From positions 50,944-114,943 of the forward strand of contig JAXDZG010000002.1 of NCBI GenBank assembly GCA_034086985.1: a DNA stretch of 64,000 bases. The letters run 5' to 3'. The notes below the pieces were generated by a model, which was not told where the DNA came from, made no database searches, and worked only from the letters and a program-made list of their open reading frames with translations. This document shows, in pieces, positions 1-10,879 of this stretch. Each line of letters starts with the position of its first letter. Position 1 is the first letter of the stretch. The DNA comes from Phascolarctobacterium sp. GTDB taxonomy: Bacteria; Bacillota; Negativicutes; Acidaminococcales; Acidaminococcaceae. The translations under genes were made by a program, and so were the position numbers.

Positions 1-2
1 TT

Positions 3-3000
3 ACCCAAAAGGAGCGCCCCATGGTGGCTGCTGCTAAGGTGTATGTTTTGGAGGGCAAGCTGAGTGCTGAGGACGTTGAGAAGATTAAGGCTTATTGCAT
101 CAACCCCATTGAAGCGCGTGAAGCAGAGCAGGCTAAGCCAGAAACCTTAATCAGCACCTGCGAGGAGCCGGAAAAGGTTAAGTCCGTAGCAGGCTTTTTG
201 ACCATGACCAAGGATGAGGCTGAAGCTCTGCGCAAGGAAATGGGCTTGGCTATGAGCCTTGAAGACTTGCTCTGGTGCCAAAAATATTTCAAGGAAGAGC
301 ACCGTGAGCCCACTATTACCGAAATCCGCGTGCTGGATACCTATTGGTCCGACCACTGCCGTCATACTACCTTTATGACCCAGATTGAGGATGTGGACAT
401 TGTTCCCAGCACCTTCACCAAGCCCGTGCAAGAGGCTTATGATAAATATATGGCTGCTCGTGATGCCGTTTATGGTGAGAACACTGAGCGCCCTGTAACC
501 TTGATGGATATTGCTGTTATCGGCATGAAGAAGCTGCGTCAGGAGGGCAAGCTGGCTGATTTGGACCAATCCGAGGAAATCAATGCTTGCTCCATCGTAG
601 TGCCCATCGAAGTGGATGGCAAGACCGAGGACTGGCTGGTTATGTTTAAGAACGAAACCCATAACCATCCCACGGAAATCGAGCCCTTCGGCGGTGCTGC
701 TACCTGCCTGGGCGGCGCTATCCGCGACCCCCTGTCCGGTCGCTCCTATGTATACCAGGCTATGCGCGTTACCGGCTGCGCCGATCCGCGCACTCCTGTA
801 AGCGAGACTCTTAGCGGTAAGCTGCCCCAGCGCAAGATTACTATCGGCGCTGCTGCTGGCTACAGCTCCTATGGCAACCAGATTGGTTTGGCAACCGGTC
901 ATGTTCAAGAATATTATCATGATAAATTCGTAGCTAAGCGTATGGAAATTGGCGGCGTTATGGGTGCGGCTCCTCGCAGTGCGGTGCGTCGTGAGCGTCC
1001 TGCCGCTGGCGATATCGTTATCCTCTTAGGTGGCAAAACCGGTCGCGATGGCTGCGGCGGTGCAACCGGCTCCTCCAAGGAGCATACTGTGGACTCTTTG
1101 ATGAGCTGCGGTGCTGAGGTACAAAAGGGTAATCCTCCCACTGAGCGCAAGATTCAACGTTTGTTCCGCAATCCCGCTGTAACTGCCATGATTAAACGCT
1201 GCAACGACTTTGGCGCTGGCGGTGTTTCCGTTGCAATTGGCGAGCTCACCGATGGCCTCGTAATTGATTTGGACAAGGTTCCCAAGAAATATGAGGGCTT
1301 GGACGGCACCGAGCTGGCTATTTCTGAATCCCAGGAGCGCATGGCTGTGGTTATTGAAGCCGAAAACCGTGACGCTTTCATTAAATATGCTGATGAAGAA
1401 AACCTTGAGGCAACTGTTGTGGCCGAGGTTACCGCAGAGCCGCGTTTGGTAATGTTCTGGCGTGGGGATAAGATTGTAGATTTGTCCCGTGCTTTCCTGG
1501 ACACCAACGGTGTTGCTCAACACACCAATGTAACTGTTTCTGAAGAAAAGGCTGAGAATGTGTTCGAGCGCGTGCCGGCAGAGGTTACTGCTGCCGCTGA
1601 CTTGGAGGCTGCTTGGCTGGCCAATATGGGTCGCCTCAATGTGTGCAGCCAAAAGGGTCTCTCCGAGCGCTTTGACAGTACCATCGGTCGTGGTACCGTT
1701 ATTATGCCCTTTGGTGGCAAGACCCAGCTGACTCCGGCCGAGGGCATGGTTGGTCGCATTCCTGTGCTCCACGGCAATACCACCGCTGCCAGCGTTATGG
1801 CCTGCGGTTATAACCCGGATGTGGCTTGCTGGAGCCCCTTCCACGGCGCTATGTACGCTGTAACTGAGTCCGTTGTACGCGCTACTGCACTGGGCGCTGA
1901 CCCTGCTAAGCTACGCCTGACTCTGCAAGAGTACTTCCCCAAGCTGCACGATTCCACCAGCTGGGGCCAACCCTTTAGCGCACTCTTAGGTGCCTTCACT
2001 ACGCTGGATGCGCTGGAGCTGCCTGCTATCGGCGGCAAGGACTCCATGAGCGGTACCTTTATGGATAAAACTGTTCCGCCTACTTTGGTTTCCTTTGCTG
2101 TAGGCGTTATCGATGGCGACAAGGCCGTTTCTGCTGAGTTCAAGGCAGCAGGGGATGAGGTCATCTTCCTGTCCTGTCCGCGTGACAATGCAGAGGTATT
2201 GGAATTTGCAGCTCTGCGCAAGAATTTGACAGCTGTACACGCAGCTATGGAAGCAGGCAAGATTAAGGCTGCTGCAGCTGTGAAGGAGGGCGGTATCGCT
2301 GCTCTGGTAACCACCATGGCTATGGGCAATGAGCTGGGCTTTGAGTTCATTAAGCCCTTCCATGATCCGGAAAGTCTCTTTACGCTGCAGCCCGGTGGCA
2401 TGGTGCTGGAGCTGGCTGCTGGCGTGGATGCTGAAGAGGTTTTCGCTGGCTTGGACTACATGGTACTGGGTCACACCACCGCCAATGCAGGCATCGCTAT
2501 CAATGATACCGTGATTGCTGCGGATAAGGCTTTGGCTGCTTACCGCGAGCCTTTGCAGAAGATTTTCCCAGATAGCCTGCCCAAGGTGGAGGAGCCTGCG
2601 GACATCAATATGCCGCTCTATACTGCTAAATTGGCTCTGACTGCGCCGGTAAATATCGCTAAGCCCCGCGTATTCATCCCTGTTTTCCCCGGTAACAACT
2701 GTGAATACGATAGTGCTCGCGCCTTTGAGGCTGCTGGTGCCGAGGCTAATACCTTCATTATTCGCAACCTGACCGCTGCTGCTATTGAAGAATCCGTAGA
2801 AGCAATGGTTAAGTATATCAATAATTCCCAAATCGTGATGATTCCCGGCGGCTTTAGCGCTGGTGATGAGCCGGACGGCAGTGGCAAATTTATTGCTACT
2901 ATGTTCCGCAACCCGCGCATTAAAGAAGCTATCAGCGATTTGCTGGAGAATCGCGATGGCTTGATGCTGGGCATCTGCAACGGCTTCCAAGCTTTGATTA

Positions 3001-3458
3001 AGCTGGGTCTGGTGCCCTACGGCGAGATTTGCGATATGACCAGCGCATCTCCGACCTTGACCTTCAATAATATCGGTCGCCATATTTCTCAAATTGTGAC
3101 CACTCGCGTTGTTTCCAATAAATCTCCTTGGTTCAGCCTGTGCGAGCCCGGCGAGGAGCATGCCATCGCTGTTTCTCATGGTGAAGGCCGCTTCTATGCA
3201 CCGGAGGCTACGATTAAAGAGCTCTTTGCTAACGGCCAAGTAGCTACTCAATATGTGAATGCTGAGGGCGTGCCCACTATGAACACTCCGTTCAATCCTA
3301 ACGGCAGCTTGTACGCTATCGAGGGTATCACCAGTCCCGATGGACGCATCCTGGGCAAGATGGGCCACAGCGAACGCTTCGCTCCCGGACTCTTCCGCAA
3401 TGTTGCTGGCGAGAAGGACCAGAAGATTTTCCTGAGCGGTGTGAACTATTTTAAATAA
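3..3458 (+). CDS. purL: Phosphoribosylformylglycinamidine synthase, large fused type (5'-truncated by window edge)
   Basis: Motifs DTYWSDHCRH, KNETHNHPTEIEPFGGAATC and glutaminase GICNGFQ/GKMGHSER; the frame is open back to position 3, so the true start lies upstream. Confidence 0.97.
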   Translation, partial: TQKERPMVAAAKVYVLEGKLSAEDVEKIKAYCINPIEAREAEQAKPETLISTCEEPEKVKSVAGFLTMTKDEAEALRKEMGLAMSLEDLLWCQKYFKEEHREPTITEIRVLDTYWSDHCRHTTFMTQIEDVDIVPSTFTKPVQEAYDKYMAARDAVYGENTERPVTLMDIAVIGMKKLRQEGKLADLDQSEEINACSIVVPIEVDGKTEDWLVMFKNETHNHPTEIEPFGGAATCLGGAIRDPLSGRSYVYQAMRVTGCADPRTPVSETLSGKLPQRKITIGAAAGYSSYGNQIGLATGHVQEYYHDKFVAKRMEIGGVMGAAPRSAVRRERPAAGDIVILLGGKTGRDGCGGATGSSKEHTVDSLMSCGAEVQKGNPPTERKIQRLFRNPAVTAMIKRCNDFGAGGVSVAIGELTDGLVIDLDKVPKKYEGLDGTELAISESQERMAVVIEAENRDAFIKYADEENLEATVVAEVTAEPRLVMFWRGDKIVDLSRAFLDTNGVAQHTNVTVSEEKAENVFERVPAEVTAAADLEAAWLANMGRLNVCSQKGLSERFDSTIGRGTVIMPFGGKTQLTPAEGMVGRIPVLHGNTTAASVMACGYNPDVACWSPFHGAMYAVTESVVRATALGADPAKLRLTLQEYFPKLHDSTSWGQPFSALLGAFTTLDALELPAIGGKDSMSGTFMDKTVPPTLVSFAVGVIDGDKAVSAEFKAAGDEVIFLSCPRDNAEVLEFAALRKNLTAVHAAMEAGKIKAAAAVKEGGIAALVTTMAMGNELGFEFIKPFHDPESLFTLQPGGMVLELAAGVDAEEVFAGLDYMVLGHTTANAGIAINDTVIAADKALAAYREPLQKIFPDSLPKVEEPADINMPLYTAKLALTAPVNIAKPRVFIPVFPGNNCEYDSARAFEAAGAEANTFIIRNLTAAAIEESVEAMVKYINNSQIVMIPGGFSAGDEPDGSGKFIATMFRNPRIKEAISDLLENRDGLMLGICNGFQALIKLGLVPYGEICDMTSASPTLTFNNIGRHISQIVTTRVVSNKSPWFSLCEPGEEHAIAVSHGEGRFYAPEATIKELFANGQVATQYVNAEGVPTMNTPFNPNGSLYAIEGITSPDGRILGKMGHSERFAPGLFRNVAGEKDQKIFLSGVNYFK

Positions 3459-3507
3459 GGTAGCCTACTCACGTGCCTACTACTAAGCGCATAGTATAGT
3501 AAAATCA

Positions 3508-3552
3508 AAACTCCGACTGATTCACTTTTAAATAGTGAATTGGTCGGAGTTT
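3508..3552. terminator. Bidirectional intrinsic terminator between convergent purL and AAA gene
   Basis: AAACTCCGACTGATTCACT / AGTGAATTGGTCGGAGTTT inverted repeat with A/T runs on both flanks. Confidence 0.75.
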
Positions 3553-3573
3553 GTTGTTTGAATAGAAATTCTG

Positions 3574-5163
3574 CTATACTTTTTCGTACTTTTCAATTAC
3601 ACATTGATGTTCTTTGCTGCTGGTATCGTAGCTAATGCCAACCAAAAGCATTTCGCCTGCATAGCTTTCAATGGAAGCAGGGTACTTTTTATCCTTGATC
3701 TGTTTGATGGCAGTTTTGGCATCCTTATTCCACTTTAGCTCAGCGATAATCGCAGGATAGTACTGTGCATACTCTGGCTTGGGTAAGAAGACAAAATCTG
3801 CAAAGCCACGGCCGGCAGGGTACTCACGAATGGGCTTAAAATAGTACTGCATTGCACTTAAATATGCAATTGCTAAAACGCTGCTTAAAGAGTTTTCATT
3901 GTTATACTGAATTGCTGAAGCAAAGTCCATGTGAATTCGTTCTATACCACTGGCTACTTTCTCGCCATTCATATCTAGAGTAGCCTCTAGCAGTTGTTGT
4001 GACTTCTTCTGCAGAGCTATAAGTTCATTCCATCTTGTGCTTTCTGTAGCTACCGTCAGCTCCTGGCGGATTTCTTCATTGGGGATGAAGGCTGCTTGCT
4101 CTATCTGGTTAAAGGCAAGGTAACCCAAGTGGATGAGATAGGTGAGCACATCATCGCGGTTTTTAAAGCTTATGGTATCGTTCTTAAAGGTAGTAGTATT
4201 AACCTTAACTGATGCACCGGAAAGCATTTCGATAATGGCAGTTTTGAGACCATCAAAATCCATGTTTATCAAGGGTATAATAGCTTCATAAGAACCTGTT
4301 TCGGACCAATAGCTGCGGAACTTACCCTTAAGCAAGGTGCTGACAACTGCTTTAGGATTATACACTTGGTAGTCCTCCAAAAGATAGCCATCATACCATT
4401 TTTTTACTTTCTCAAAATCCATACCGTATTTGGCACATAAGCCCATAACTTCTTCCTCTGTGAAGCCTATGTATTGAGCTAGATCAGTAGCCTCAAGCAT
4501 AGTGAATTCGTCGAAGTTATTCAAGGCGGATTGTGTCTTTTCTTTTTTTATGGGCAAAATACCTGTAAGATAAGCTAATTGCACATATTTTGTAGGCTCA
4601 ACACCTTTGAAAAGCCCTCTAAGAAAGCTAATATACTCCTCCTGCACACTCTTATTGGCTGCTTCATCGCGAATTAAGACGTCCCATTCATCAATGATAA
4701 TGATAAACTTTCTTCCTGTTAAGGTATTGATGCGTGCCAGCGCCTCTGGCAGGGAGGTTGTATTGTCTGCAACCTCATTAGGATAGTATTCCTTGAGCTC
4801 TTGGATAGTTTTTTCGGTGATATATGTGACCACCTTTTCTGGGCTTCCAGCTGGCTCCAGACACCACTGAATATCCAAATGAATAACATCATATTTATTT
4901 AAATGCTTCGCGAAATCAGCGCTTTTACTAATGGCTAGCTTGGCAAACATTGCTTGCGAGGAGCAGCCCTTACTATAATAAGCCGTAAGCATGTTGGCTG
5001 TAATGGATTTGCCAAAACGGCGGGGACGACTATTGCAAATATAGCCCTGCAAGGTATTCATTACTTTGTTTGTATAGGCAATTAAGCCTGTTTTATCCAC
5101 GTATATTTCAGAATTAAGTGCAACCTGAAATGCTCCGTTATCAGGGTTTACGAATGTACCCAT
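3574..5163 (-). CDS. AAA-ATPase-like domain + C-terminal PD-(D/E)XK nuclease (PDDEXK_9-type) protein
   Basis: YVDKT, RPRRFGKS Walker A variant, IIIDEWD Walker B, C-terminal GFADFVF...IAELK; RBS GAAAGGAGG precedes ATG at 5163. Confidence 0.85.
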   Translation of the reverse strand: MGTFVNPDNGAFQVALNSEIYVDKTGLIAYTNKVMNTLQGYICNSRPRRFGKSITANMLTAYYSKGCSSQAMFAKLAISKSADFAKHLNKYDVIHLDIQWCLEPAGSPEKVVTYITEKTIQELKEYYPNEVADNTTSLPEALARINTLTGRKFIIIIDEWDVLIRDEAANKSVQEEYISFLRGLFKGVEPTKYVQLAYLTGILPIKKEKTQSALNNFDEFTMLEATDLAQYIGFTEEEVMGLCAKYGMDFEKVKKWYDGYLLEDYQVYNPKAVVSTLLKGKFRSYWSETGSYEAIIPLINMDFDGLKTAIIEMLSGASVKVNTTTFKNDTISFKNRDDVLTYLIHLGYLAFNQIEQAAFIPNEEIRQELTVATESTRWNELIALQKKSQQLLEATLDMNGEKVASGIERIHMDFASAIQYNNENSLSSVLAIAYLSAMQYYFKPIREYPAGRGFADFVFLPKPEYAQYYPAIIAELKWNKDAKTAIKQIKDKKYPASIESYAGEMLLVGISYDTSSKEHQCVIEKYEKV

Positions 5164-5362
5164 ATTGGCTGCCTCCTTTCCGTAATAAACAACTCTTTTG
5201 TTTATTATTTTACCACAACTACATAAACAAATAAAGAACATACTTTACCCTAATTAGTTACCTAAAAAATGTATTATCACCTCCCGCATCACCTCTAACC
5301 GGCGTCCTGCGAGCCCCCGAGCGAACTTCGAATGCTCGGCTTATTTTTTACCTTGGAACGTC

Positions 5363-5391
5363 TTGCGGGGGTGGTACAAATGTGCTACAAT
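5363..5391 (+). promoter_or_regulatory. Sigma-A promoter of the polysaccharide locus
   Basis: TTGCGG-N17-TACAAT with extended -10 TG. Confidence 0.55.
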
Positions 5392-5466
5392 ATAGGCGGG
5401 TATAAGCAAATAAAGTAGGCTATTTTTCCCAAAGGTATAAATTATGCGGTGATTGGGGTAGATGTG

Positions 5467-6876
5467 ATGAAGCGCTATGCTGGAATGATTTCAATATTGC
5501 TTTTCATAGCGCTGGATTATGTGGCCTTGGTCGCAGCGGAGCAGTGCGCTTTTTATATGCGCAACAACTTTTTTAGAACAAGCACACTGCATATTTCATG
5601 GATAAACTTTTGGATTATATTCCCATGCCTTTATATTTTTTTCATAAATATGAATCAGCTCTATAGTCGCCTCCGTCCCTTTTACAAGGAAGTGGAAAAG
5701 CTTTTCGTGTCTTCCTGCTATGGGACCTTGGCCGTGGTTTTGCTGCTTTATATTGCCAAGATTTCTGAGCATACCAGCCGCTTTTTTGTGGTGGCCTTCG
5801 GTGTTTTGGCGTTTATCTTTTTAGCATTAATGCGCTATCTTTTAAAGAACCTTTTGCAGAGACGGCAGATGCTCTTGGCACCCGTAATTATTATTGGTGC
5901 CGGCAAAACGGCGGAGCTTTTGGTGAAGTCCTTGCGCAACGACCCAGGTATGGGCTACAAGATTATTGGCCTATTGGAGGATAACAAGGTACAACAGGGC
6001 ATTCTTGAGCAGTACCCTGTTCTAGGCGGTTTCCAAGATGCGGAGCGCATTATTATGGAAACTGGTGTGAAGCGAGTTTTTGTGGCGGCTCCGGGCTTGG
6101 CGGATCATGATTTAGGCATGCTGATTTATCGCATCCAGCCTTTAGTAAAAAATATGGGCGTTATTACAAATCTGGTGGGCGTGCCCACTGGCACCGTCGA
6201 GGTGGAAAGCATTTTTAATGAAAAGCTTTTAATCCTGCGCCTTAAGAATAATTTAGCTAGACCTTTAAACAGATGCATCAAGACAGTTTTGGATTATGCT
6301 TTGACCATCATTGGCACGGTTCTTATTGCTCCGATTTTGCTCTTCATTGCACTTTGGATTTATAAGGATTCTCCAGGGCCAGTGATTTATAAGCATGTGC
6401 GGATTGGTAAGGGTGGCAAGGCCTTTCCCTGCTATAAATTCCGTAGTATGGTGATGAATTCCAAGGAAATGTTGGAGGAGATATTGGCTAAGGATCCGGC
6501 TGCTCGCGCTGAGTGGGAGGGGGATTTTAAGCTGAAGAATGACCCACGCATTACGAAAAGTGGTGCTTTCCTGCGTAAGACTAGTCTTGATGAGCTGCCG
6601 CAGATTTTTAATGTTTTGCGAGGGGAGATGAGCCTTGTGGGGCCGCGTCCCATTGTGCAGGAAGAGCTGGCTCGCTATGGCGAGTTTGTGGATGATTATC
6701 TAATGGTTAAGCCGGGGATTACCGGCATGTGGCAAGTTAATGGTCGCAGCGACACTACCTATGACGAGCGCGTACAGATGGATAGCTGGTATGTGCGGAA
6801 CTGGAGTGTGTGGCTGGATTTTATGCTGCTGTGGAGAACGATTAAGGCTGTGGTTGCTGGAAAGGGAGCATATTGA
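5467..6876 (+). CDS. wbaP: Undecaprenyl-phosphate sugar-1-phosphate transferase (WbaP-type initiating PGT)
   Basis: N-terminal TM helices; C-terminal KFRSM, DPRIT..G.FLRKTSLDELPQ, GEMSLVGPRP, KPGITGMWQV. Confidence 0.9.
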   Translation: MKRYAGMISILLFIALDYVALVAAEQCAFYMRNNFFRTSTLHISWINFWIIFPCLYIFFINMNQLYSRLRPFYKEVEKLFVSSCYGTLAVVLLLYIAKISEHTSRFFVVAFGVLAFIFLALMRYLLKNLLQRRQMLLAPVIIIGAGKTAELLVKSLRNDPGMGYKIIGLLEDNKVQQGILEQYPVLGGFQDAERIIMETGVKRVFVAAPGLADHDLGMLIYRIQPLVKNMGVITNLVGVPTGTVEVESIFNEKLLILRLKNNLARPLNRCIKTVLDYALTIIGTVLIAPILLFIALWIYKDSPGPVIYKHVRIGKGGKAFPCYKFRSMVMNSKEMLEEILAKDPAARAEWEGDFKLKNDPRITKSGAFLRKTSLDELPQIFNVLRGEMSLVGPRPIVQEELARYGEFVDDYLMVKPGITGMWQVNGRSDTTYDERVQMDSWYVRNWSVWLDFMLLWRTIKAVVAGKGAY

Positions 6877-7736
6877 TGAGTGTGCCAGTTACAGTGGTAT
6901 TACCTACTTGCAATGCTGGTAGTAGATTTAGAGAATGTGCTGAAATATTGGCTAAGCAGTCGGCAAATATAGCAGAGGTGCTTGTAATAGACTCCTCTTC
7001 TGATGACGAGACTGTGGATATTGCTAAAGACTATGGCTTTCATGTAGAGGTTATTGCCAAACCTTACTTTGGTCATGGCAAGACAAGGCAATATGCTTTA
7101 GAAAAGGCGCAGACTGAAATAGTTGTTTTTATGACTCAGGATGCGTTGCTCAAGGATGAGTATGCTGTGCAAGAGCTTATTGAATTTTTACTCAGTGATG
7201 AAGCTCTTGCAGCAGTATATGGAAGGCAATTACCTTATCCACATACGGGACCTTTAGGTAGCTTTGCTAGGCTATACAACTATCCTGACTATTCTTTTAT
7301 TAATACATTTGCTGATAAGAAGAAAAAGGGAATCAAGACAGCTTTTTTATCTGACTCTTTTGCAGCATATAAAAAGTCACTCTTGCTTCAAATAGGTGGC
7401 TTTCCCAAGCATGTCAATTTTGGCGAGGATACTTATGCAGCTGCTAAACTCTTGATGGCTGGTTATAAGACAGGTTACTGTGCCGAAGCAATGGTTTATC
7501 ATGCTCATGATTATAGCTTGCAGCAAGAGTTTTTGAGATGTAGGCAGATAGGGCAGTTTCATAAAGAAGAAACTTGGCTCTTGGAAACCTTTGGTAAGGC
7601 CGAGGGTGAGGGGTTACGATACATTGTGCAGGAAGCTAGGTATCTAATGAGATGTGAGGAGTATCTTCAGGTAGGATTTGCATTTATTCACAATATGGTA
7701 AAGTATTTTGGTTACAAAACGGGTGTTTTGATATGA
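6873..7736 (+). CDS. GT2 glycosyltransferase, rhamnosyltransferase-like
   Basis: VIDSSSDD, FGHGKTR, FMTQDA, FGED, VYHAHDY motifs. Confidence 0.8.
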   Translation: MMSVPVTVVLPTCNAGSRFRECAEILAKQSANIAEVLVIDSSSDDETVDIAKDYGFHVEVIAKPYFGHGKTRQYALEKAQTEIVVFMTQDALLKDEYAVQELIEFLLSDEALAAVYGRQLPYPHTGPLGSFARLYNYPDYSFINTFADKKKKGIKTAFLSDSFAAYKKSLLLQIGGFPKHVNFGEDTYAAAKLLMAGYKTGYCAEAMVYHAHDYSLQQEFLRCRQIGQFHKEETWLLETFGKAEGEGLRYIVQEARYLMRCEEYLQVGFAFIHNMVKYFGYKTGVLI

Positions 7737-8443
7737 TATCAGTCTGTATGGCTACATATAATGGAGAGAGGTTTATTGAAGAACAGCTATATAGCATTTT
7801 AAGGAATCTTTCGACAAAAGATGAAATTATTATATCTGATGATGCTTCTAGTGATGGAACACGCACACTTATTGAGCACATTATGAAAAAAGATTCTAGA
7901 ATAAGATTGCTAACTGGACCTAAAAAAGGTATCATAGCCAACTTTGAAAATGCTATAGTCCAAGCCAAAGGCGAAATCATTTTTTTAAGTGATCAAGATG
8001 ATGTATGGTGTGATAACAAGGTATCCAAGGTGCTTGATTGCTTTGCTGATGAGAGAACAAAGGTAGTTGTTCATGATGCGTATGTAGTAAATGAATACAT
8101 GGAGGTTTTACTTCCAAGCTATTTTGGTTTTAGAAAATCAGGTTCTGGATTTATAAAGAATATCATAAGAAATTCATTTGTTGGATGTTGTATGGCTTTT
8201 AGAAAGGATTTACTTTCAGTTGTTTTTCCAATACCTAAGAATATTGAGATGCATGATCAATGGATTGGTATTTGTGGGGAGATGAATGGCCAAGTAGTGT
8301 TTTTAAAAGACAGGCTTCTTTATTATCGCAGACATGGTGATAATTCGTCTAGTTTGGCTAAGCATCATACAGTATATAAAATGATTCGAAACAGATGTAT
8401 GTTTTGTCTTAGGCTAACGTTAAGGATGTGTAAGATAGTATAA
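7733..8443 (+). CDS. GT2 glycosyltransferase (RgpB-like rhamnosyltransferase)
   Basis: SVCMATYNGERFI, ISDDASSD, FLSDQDDVW, MHDQWI, YRRHGDN. Confidence 0.85.
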   Translation: MISVCMATYNGERFIEEQLYSILRNLSTKDEIIISDDASSDGTRTLIEHIMKKDSRIRLLTGPKKGIIANFENAIVQAKGEIIFLSDQDDVWCDNKVSKVLDCFADERTKVVVHDAYVVNEYMEVLLPSYFGFRKSGSGFIKNIIRNSFVGCCMAFRKDLLSVVFPIPKNIEMHDQWIGICGEMNGQVVFLKDRLLYYRRHGDNSSSLAKHHTVYKMIRNRCMFCLRLTLRMCKIV

Positions 8444-9318
8444 TGCAAAATAAAGCCGTAAATGAATACAAAATTGCAGGTTGTGTAATTTTGTATTTTC
8501 CTAATAATGAAGTGATTGAAAACATAGAGAGTTACATTACAAAGCTGGATCAATTATATGTTGTAAATAATGGTGGCGGAGAAATTGTTTTTGAGACACT
8601 AAGTAAGCGTTACAAGAATCTTGCTCTAATCAATTATGATGAGAATAATGGTATTGCTAAACCTTTAAATGACGTATTGAGTTTAGCCAAGGATAGATAT
8701 GATTTTTTACTAACGATGGATCAAGATAGCAAGTTTTCAGATACTATTGATTATTATTTGGAATCTTTATGTCAGTTTGATTGGAAGAGTACGTTGGGGC
8801 TAGGGCCACATTTAAGATTAAATAATGTCACTGATACTTGTAAAGAGAAGAATTTAAAATGGAAAAAAGTTTTTTCAGTAATTACTAGTGGAAATATTAT
8901 AAATATCAGTAATGCAGTTCGCATAGGTTGTTTTTTAGAAGATTTATTTATTGATGAAGTTGATAATGAGTTTTGCTATCGTGGCTATATAAAGGGTTAT
9001 TATACATACCAATCTACAGGTGACATATATATAGATCACAATTTGGGAAACCAAAAGAAGATAAGATTAATCAGAGATTTTCATCCTACTATGCATAACT
9101 ATATTAGGACTTATTATATTTTTAGAAACAAGACTTATGTTATTAGAAATTATCACGATATAAGTTTTCTCTTGATGTGGAGAGAATATTACTGGAGGAT
9201 GTTTAAACTATTGGTTTCTAAAACGTTTTTTGAAAATGATAAAAAAAGAAAGCTTCACTCTGTTTTTCGTGGAATATATCACGGATTAACTAATAACATG
9301 GGTAAGAAAGACTTCTAG
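8443..9318 (+). CDS. GT2 glycosyltransferase, rhamnosyltransferase-like
   Basis: NNGIAKPLN, LTMDQDS, VITSG, LFIDEVDNEFC, RTYYIFRN. Confidence 0.8.
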   Translation: MQNKAVNEYKIAGCVILYFPNNEVIENIESYITKLDQLYVVNNGGGEIVFETLSKRYKNLALINYDENNGIAKPLNDVLSLAKDRYDFLLTMDQDSKFSDTIDYYLESLCQFDWKSTLGLGPHLRLNNVTDTCKEKNLKWKKVFSVITSGNIINISNAVRIGCFLEDLFIDEVDNEFCYRGYIKGYYTYQSTGDIYIDHNLGNQKKIRLIRDFHPTMHNYIRTYYIFRNKTYVIRNYHDISFLLMWREYYWRMFKLLVSKTFFENDKKRKLHSVFRGIYHGLTNNMGKKDF

Positions 9319-9359
9319 ACTGTCTTATCTTATAGATTGTTGTATATGGAGGTCATGTT

Positions 9360-10247
9360 ATGAAAGGTATTGTATTAGCAGGTGGCAGTGGTACTAGGCT
9401 GTACCCACTGACTATGGTTACAAGTAAGCAATTATTGCCGGTTTATGATAAGCCGATGATTTACTATCCTTTATCAACTTTAATGCTGGCAGGAATTAGA
9501 GAAATTCTAATTATCTCCACGCCTACTGACACCCCTAGATTTGAAGCTCTGCTGGGTGATGGCAGTGATTTCGGTTTGAAATTATCTTACAAAGTGCAGC
9601 CTTCTCCTGATGGCTTGGCTCAGGCTTTCTTGCTTGGTGAAGAGTTCATTGGTGATGATGCTTGTGCCATGGTGCTTGGTGATAATATTTTTTATGGTAA
9701 TGGCTTTGGTAAAATTTTGCGTGCTGCAACTCAAGATGCTGAAGAAAATGGACGTGCCACAGTCTTTGGTTATTATGTAAATGACCCTGTGCGCTTTGGT
9801 GTCGTTGCTTTTGATGAAAAGGGCAAGGCTACTTCTATTGAGGAAAAGCCCCAGCAACCTAAGTCTAACTACGCTGTTACAGGCCTGTATTTCTATCCTA
9901 AGGGAGTGAGCGCTAAAGCTCATGAAGTTAAGCCGTCTGCTCGTGGTGAATTGGAAATTACTACCTTAAATGAAATGTATTTGCATGAAGATATACTCGA
10001 CGTGCAGCTTTTAGGTCGCGGTTTTGCTTGGCTTGATACAGGTACTATGAATAGCCTTGTTGAAGCTGCAGAGTTTGTGAAAATGGTATCTGAGCGTCAG
10101 AGCATCACTATTTCTGCATTAGAGGAAATAGCTTATCTTAATAAATGGATTGATAAAGATAAGCTGATGGCCAGCGCTGAGCGTTATGGCAAGAGTCCCT
10201 ATGGACAGCATTTAAAACGTGTAGCTGAGGGTAAGATAAAGTATTAA
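9360..10247 (+). CDS. rfbA: Glucose-1-phosphate thymidylyltransferase (RmlA)
   Basis: [40 protein letters not shown]. Confidence 0.97.
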   Translation: MKGIVLAGGSGTRLYPLTMVTSKQLLPVYDKPMIYYPLSTLMLAGIREILIISTPTDTPRFEALLGDGSDFGLKLSYKVQPSPDGLAQAFLLGEEFIGDDACAMVLGDNIFYGNGFGKILRAATQDAEENGRATVFGYYVNDPVRFGVVAFDEKGKATSIEEKPQQPKSNYAVTGLYFYPKGVSAKAHEVKPSARGELEITTLNEMYLHEDILDVQLLGRGFAWLDTGTMNSLVEAAEFVKMVSERQSITISALEEIAYLNKWIDKDKLMASAERYGKSPYGQHLKRVAEGKIKY

Positions 10248-10259
10248 GGAGAAAACCAA

Positions 10260-10862
10260 ATGGCACAAATTAAAGTAACTAAATGTCCTATAGAGGGCTT
10301 ATATATTATTGAGCCTGCTGTGCATGGCGATAAACGCGGTTATTTCATGGAGACCTATAACCAAAAGGATATGCAGGAATGCGGTCTCAATATGGTTTTT
10401 GTGCAAGATAATCAAAGCATGAGCGTTAAAGGCGTGTTGCGTGGCTTGCATTTCCAGAAAGAGTTTCCTCAAGGTAAGCTTGTGCGTGTTATTAAAGGTA
10501 GCGTTTTTGATGTGGCTGTGGATTTGCGCGCTGGAAGCAAGACATATGGACAATGGTACGGTGTTGAGTTAACTGAAGAGAATAAGAAGCAATTTTATAT
10601 CAGCGAGGGCTTTGCTCATGGTTTTTTAGTTTTGAGCGATGAGGCAGAGTTCTGCTATAAAGTAACTGATTTTTATCATCCGGGTGATGAGGGCGGTTTA
10701 GCTTGGAATGACCCCGCCATAGGGATTCAATGGCCTCATTTAATTGGTGAGTATCCAGGCAATGCAGATGCTTCTGGCTATAAATTAGCAGATGGTACTG
10801 CGTTAAATCTGAGTGATAAAGATCAGAAATGGGAAACTTTAGAAAATACTTTTAAGTTTTAA
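10260..10862 (+). CDS. rfbC: dTDP-4-dehydrorhamnose 3,5-epimerase (RmlC)
   Basis: DKRGYF, VQDNQS, LRGLHFQ, GFAHGF. Confidence 0.96.
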   Translation: MAQIKVTKCPIEGLYIIEPAVHGDKRGYFMETYNQKDMQECGLNMVFVQDNQSMSVKGVLRGLHFQKEFPQGKLVRVIKGSVFDVAVDLRAGSKTYGQWYGVELTEENKKQFYISEGFAHGFLVLSDEAEFCYKVTDFYHPGDEGGLAWNDPAIGIQWPHLIGEYPGNADASGYKLADGTALNLSDKDQKWETLENTFKF

Positions 10863-10879
10863 TTACTTGAGGTGTAGTA

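Noticed and set aside
5381-5397. wbaP promoter TGTGCTACAATATAGGC resembles 25801-25818
   Set aside because: 14/18 with a gap, but only over the extended -10 region and the seed does not match; the trp promoter shows a similar TACAATAGGC
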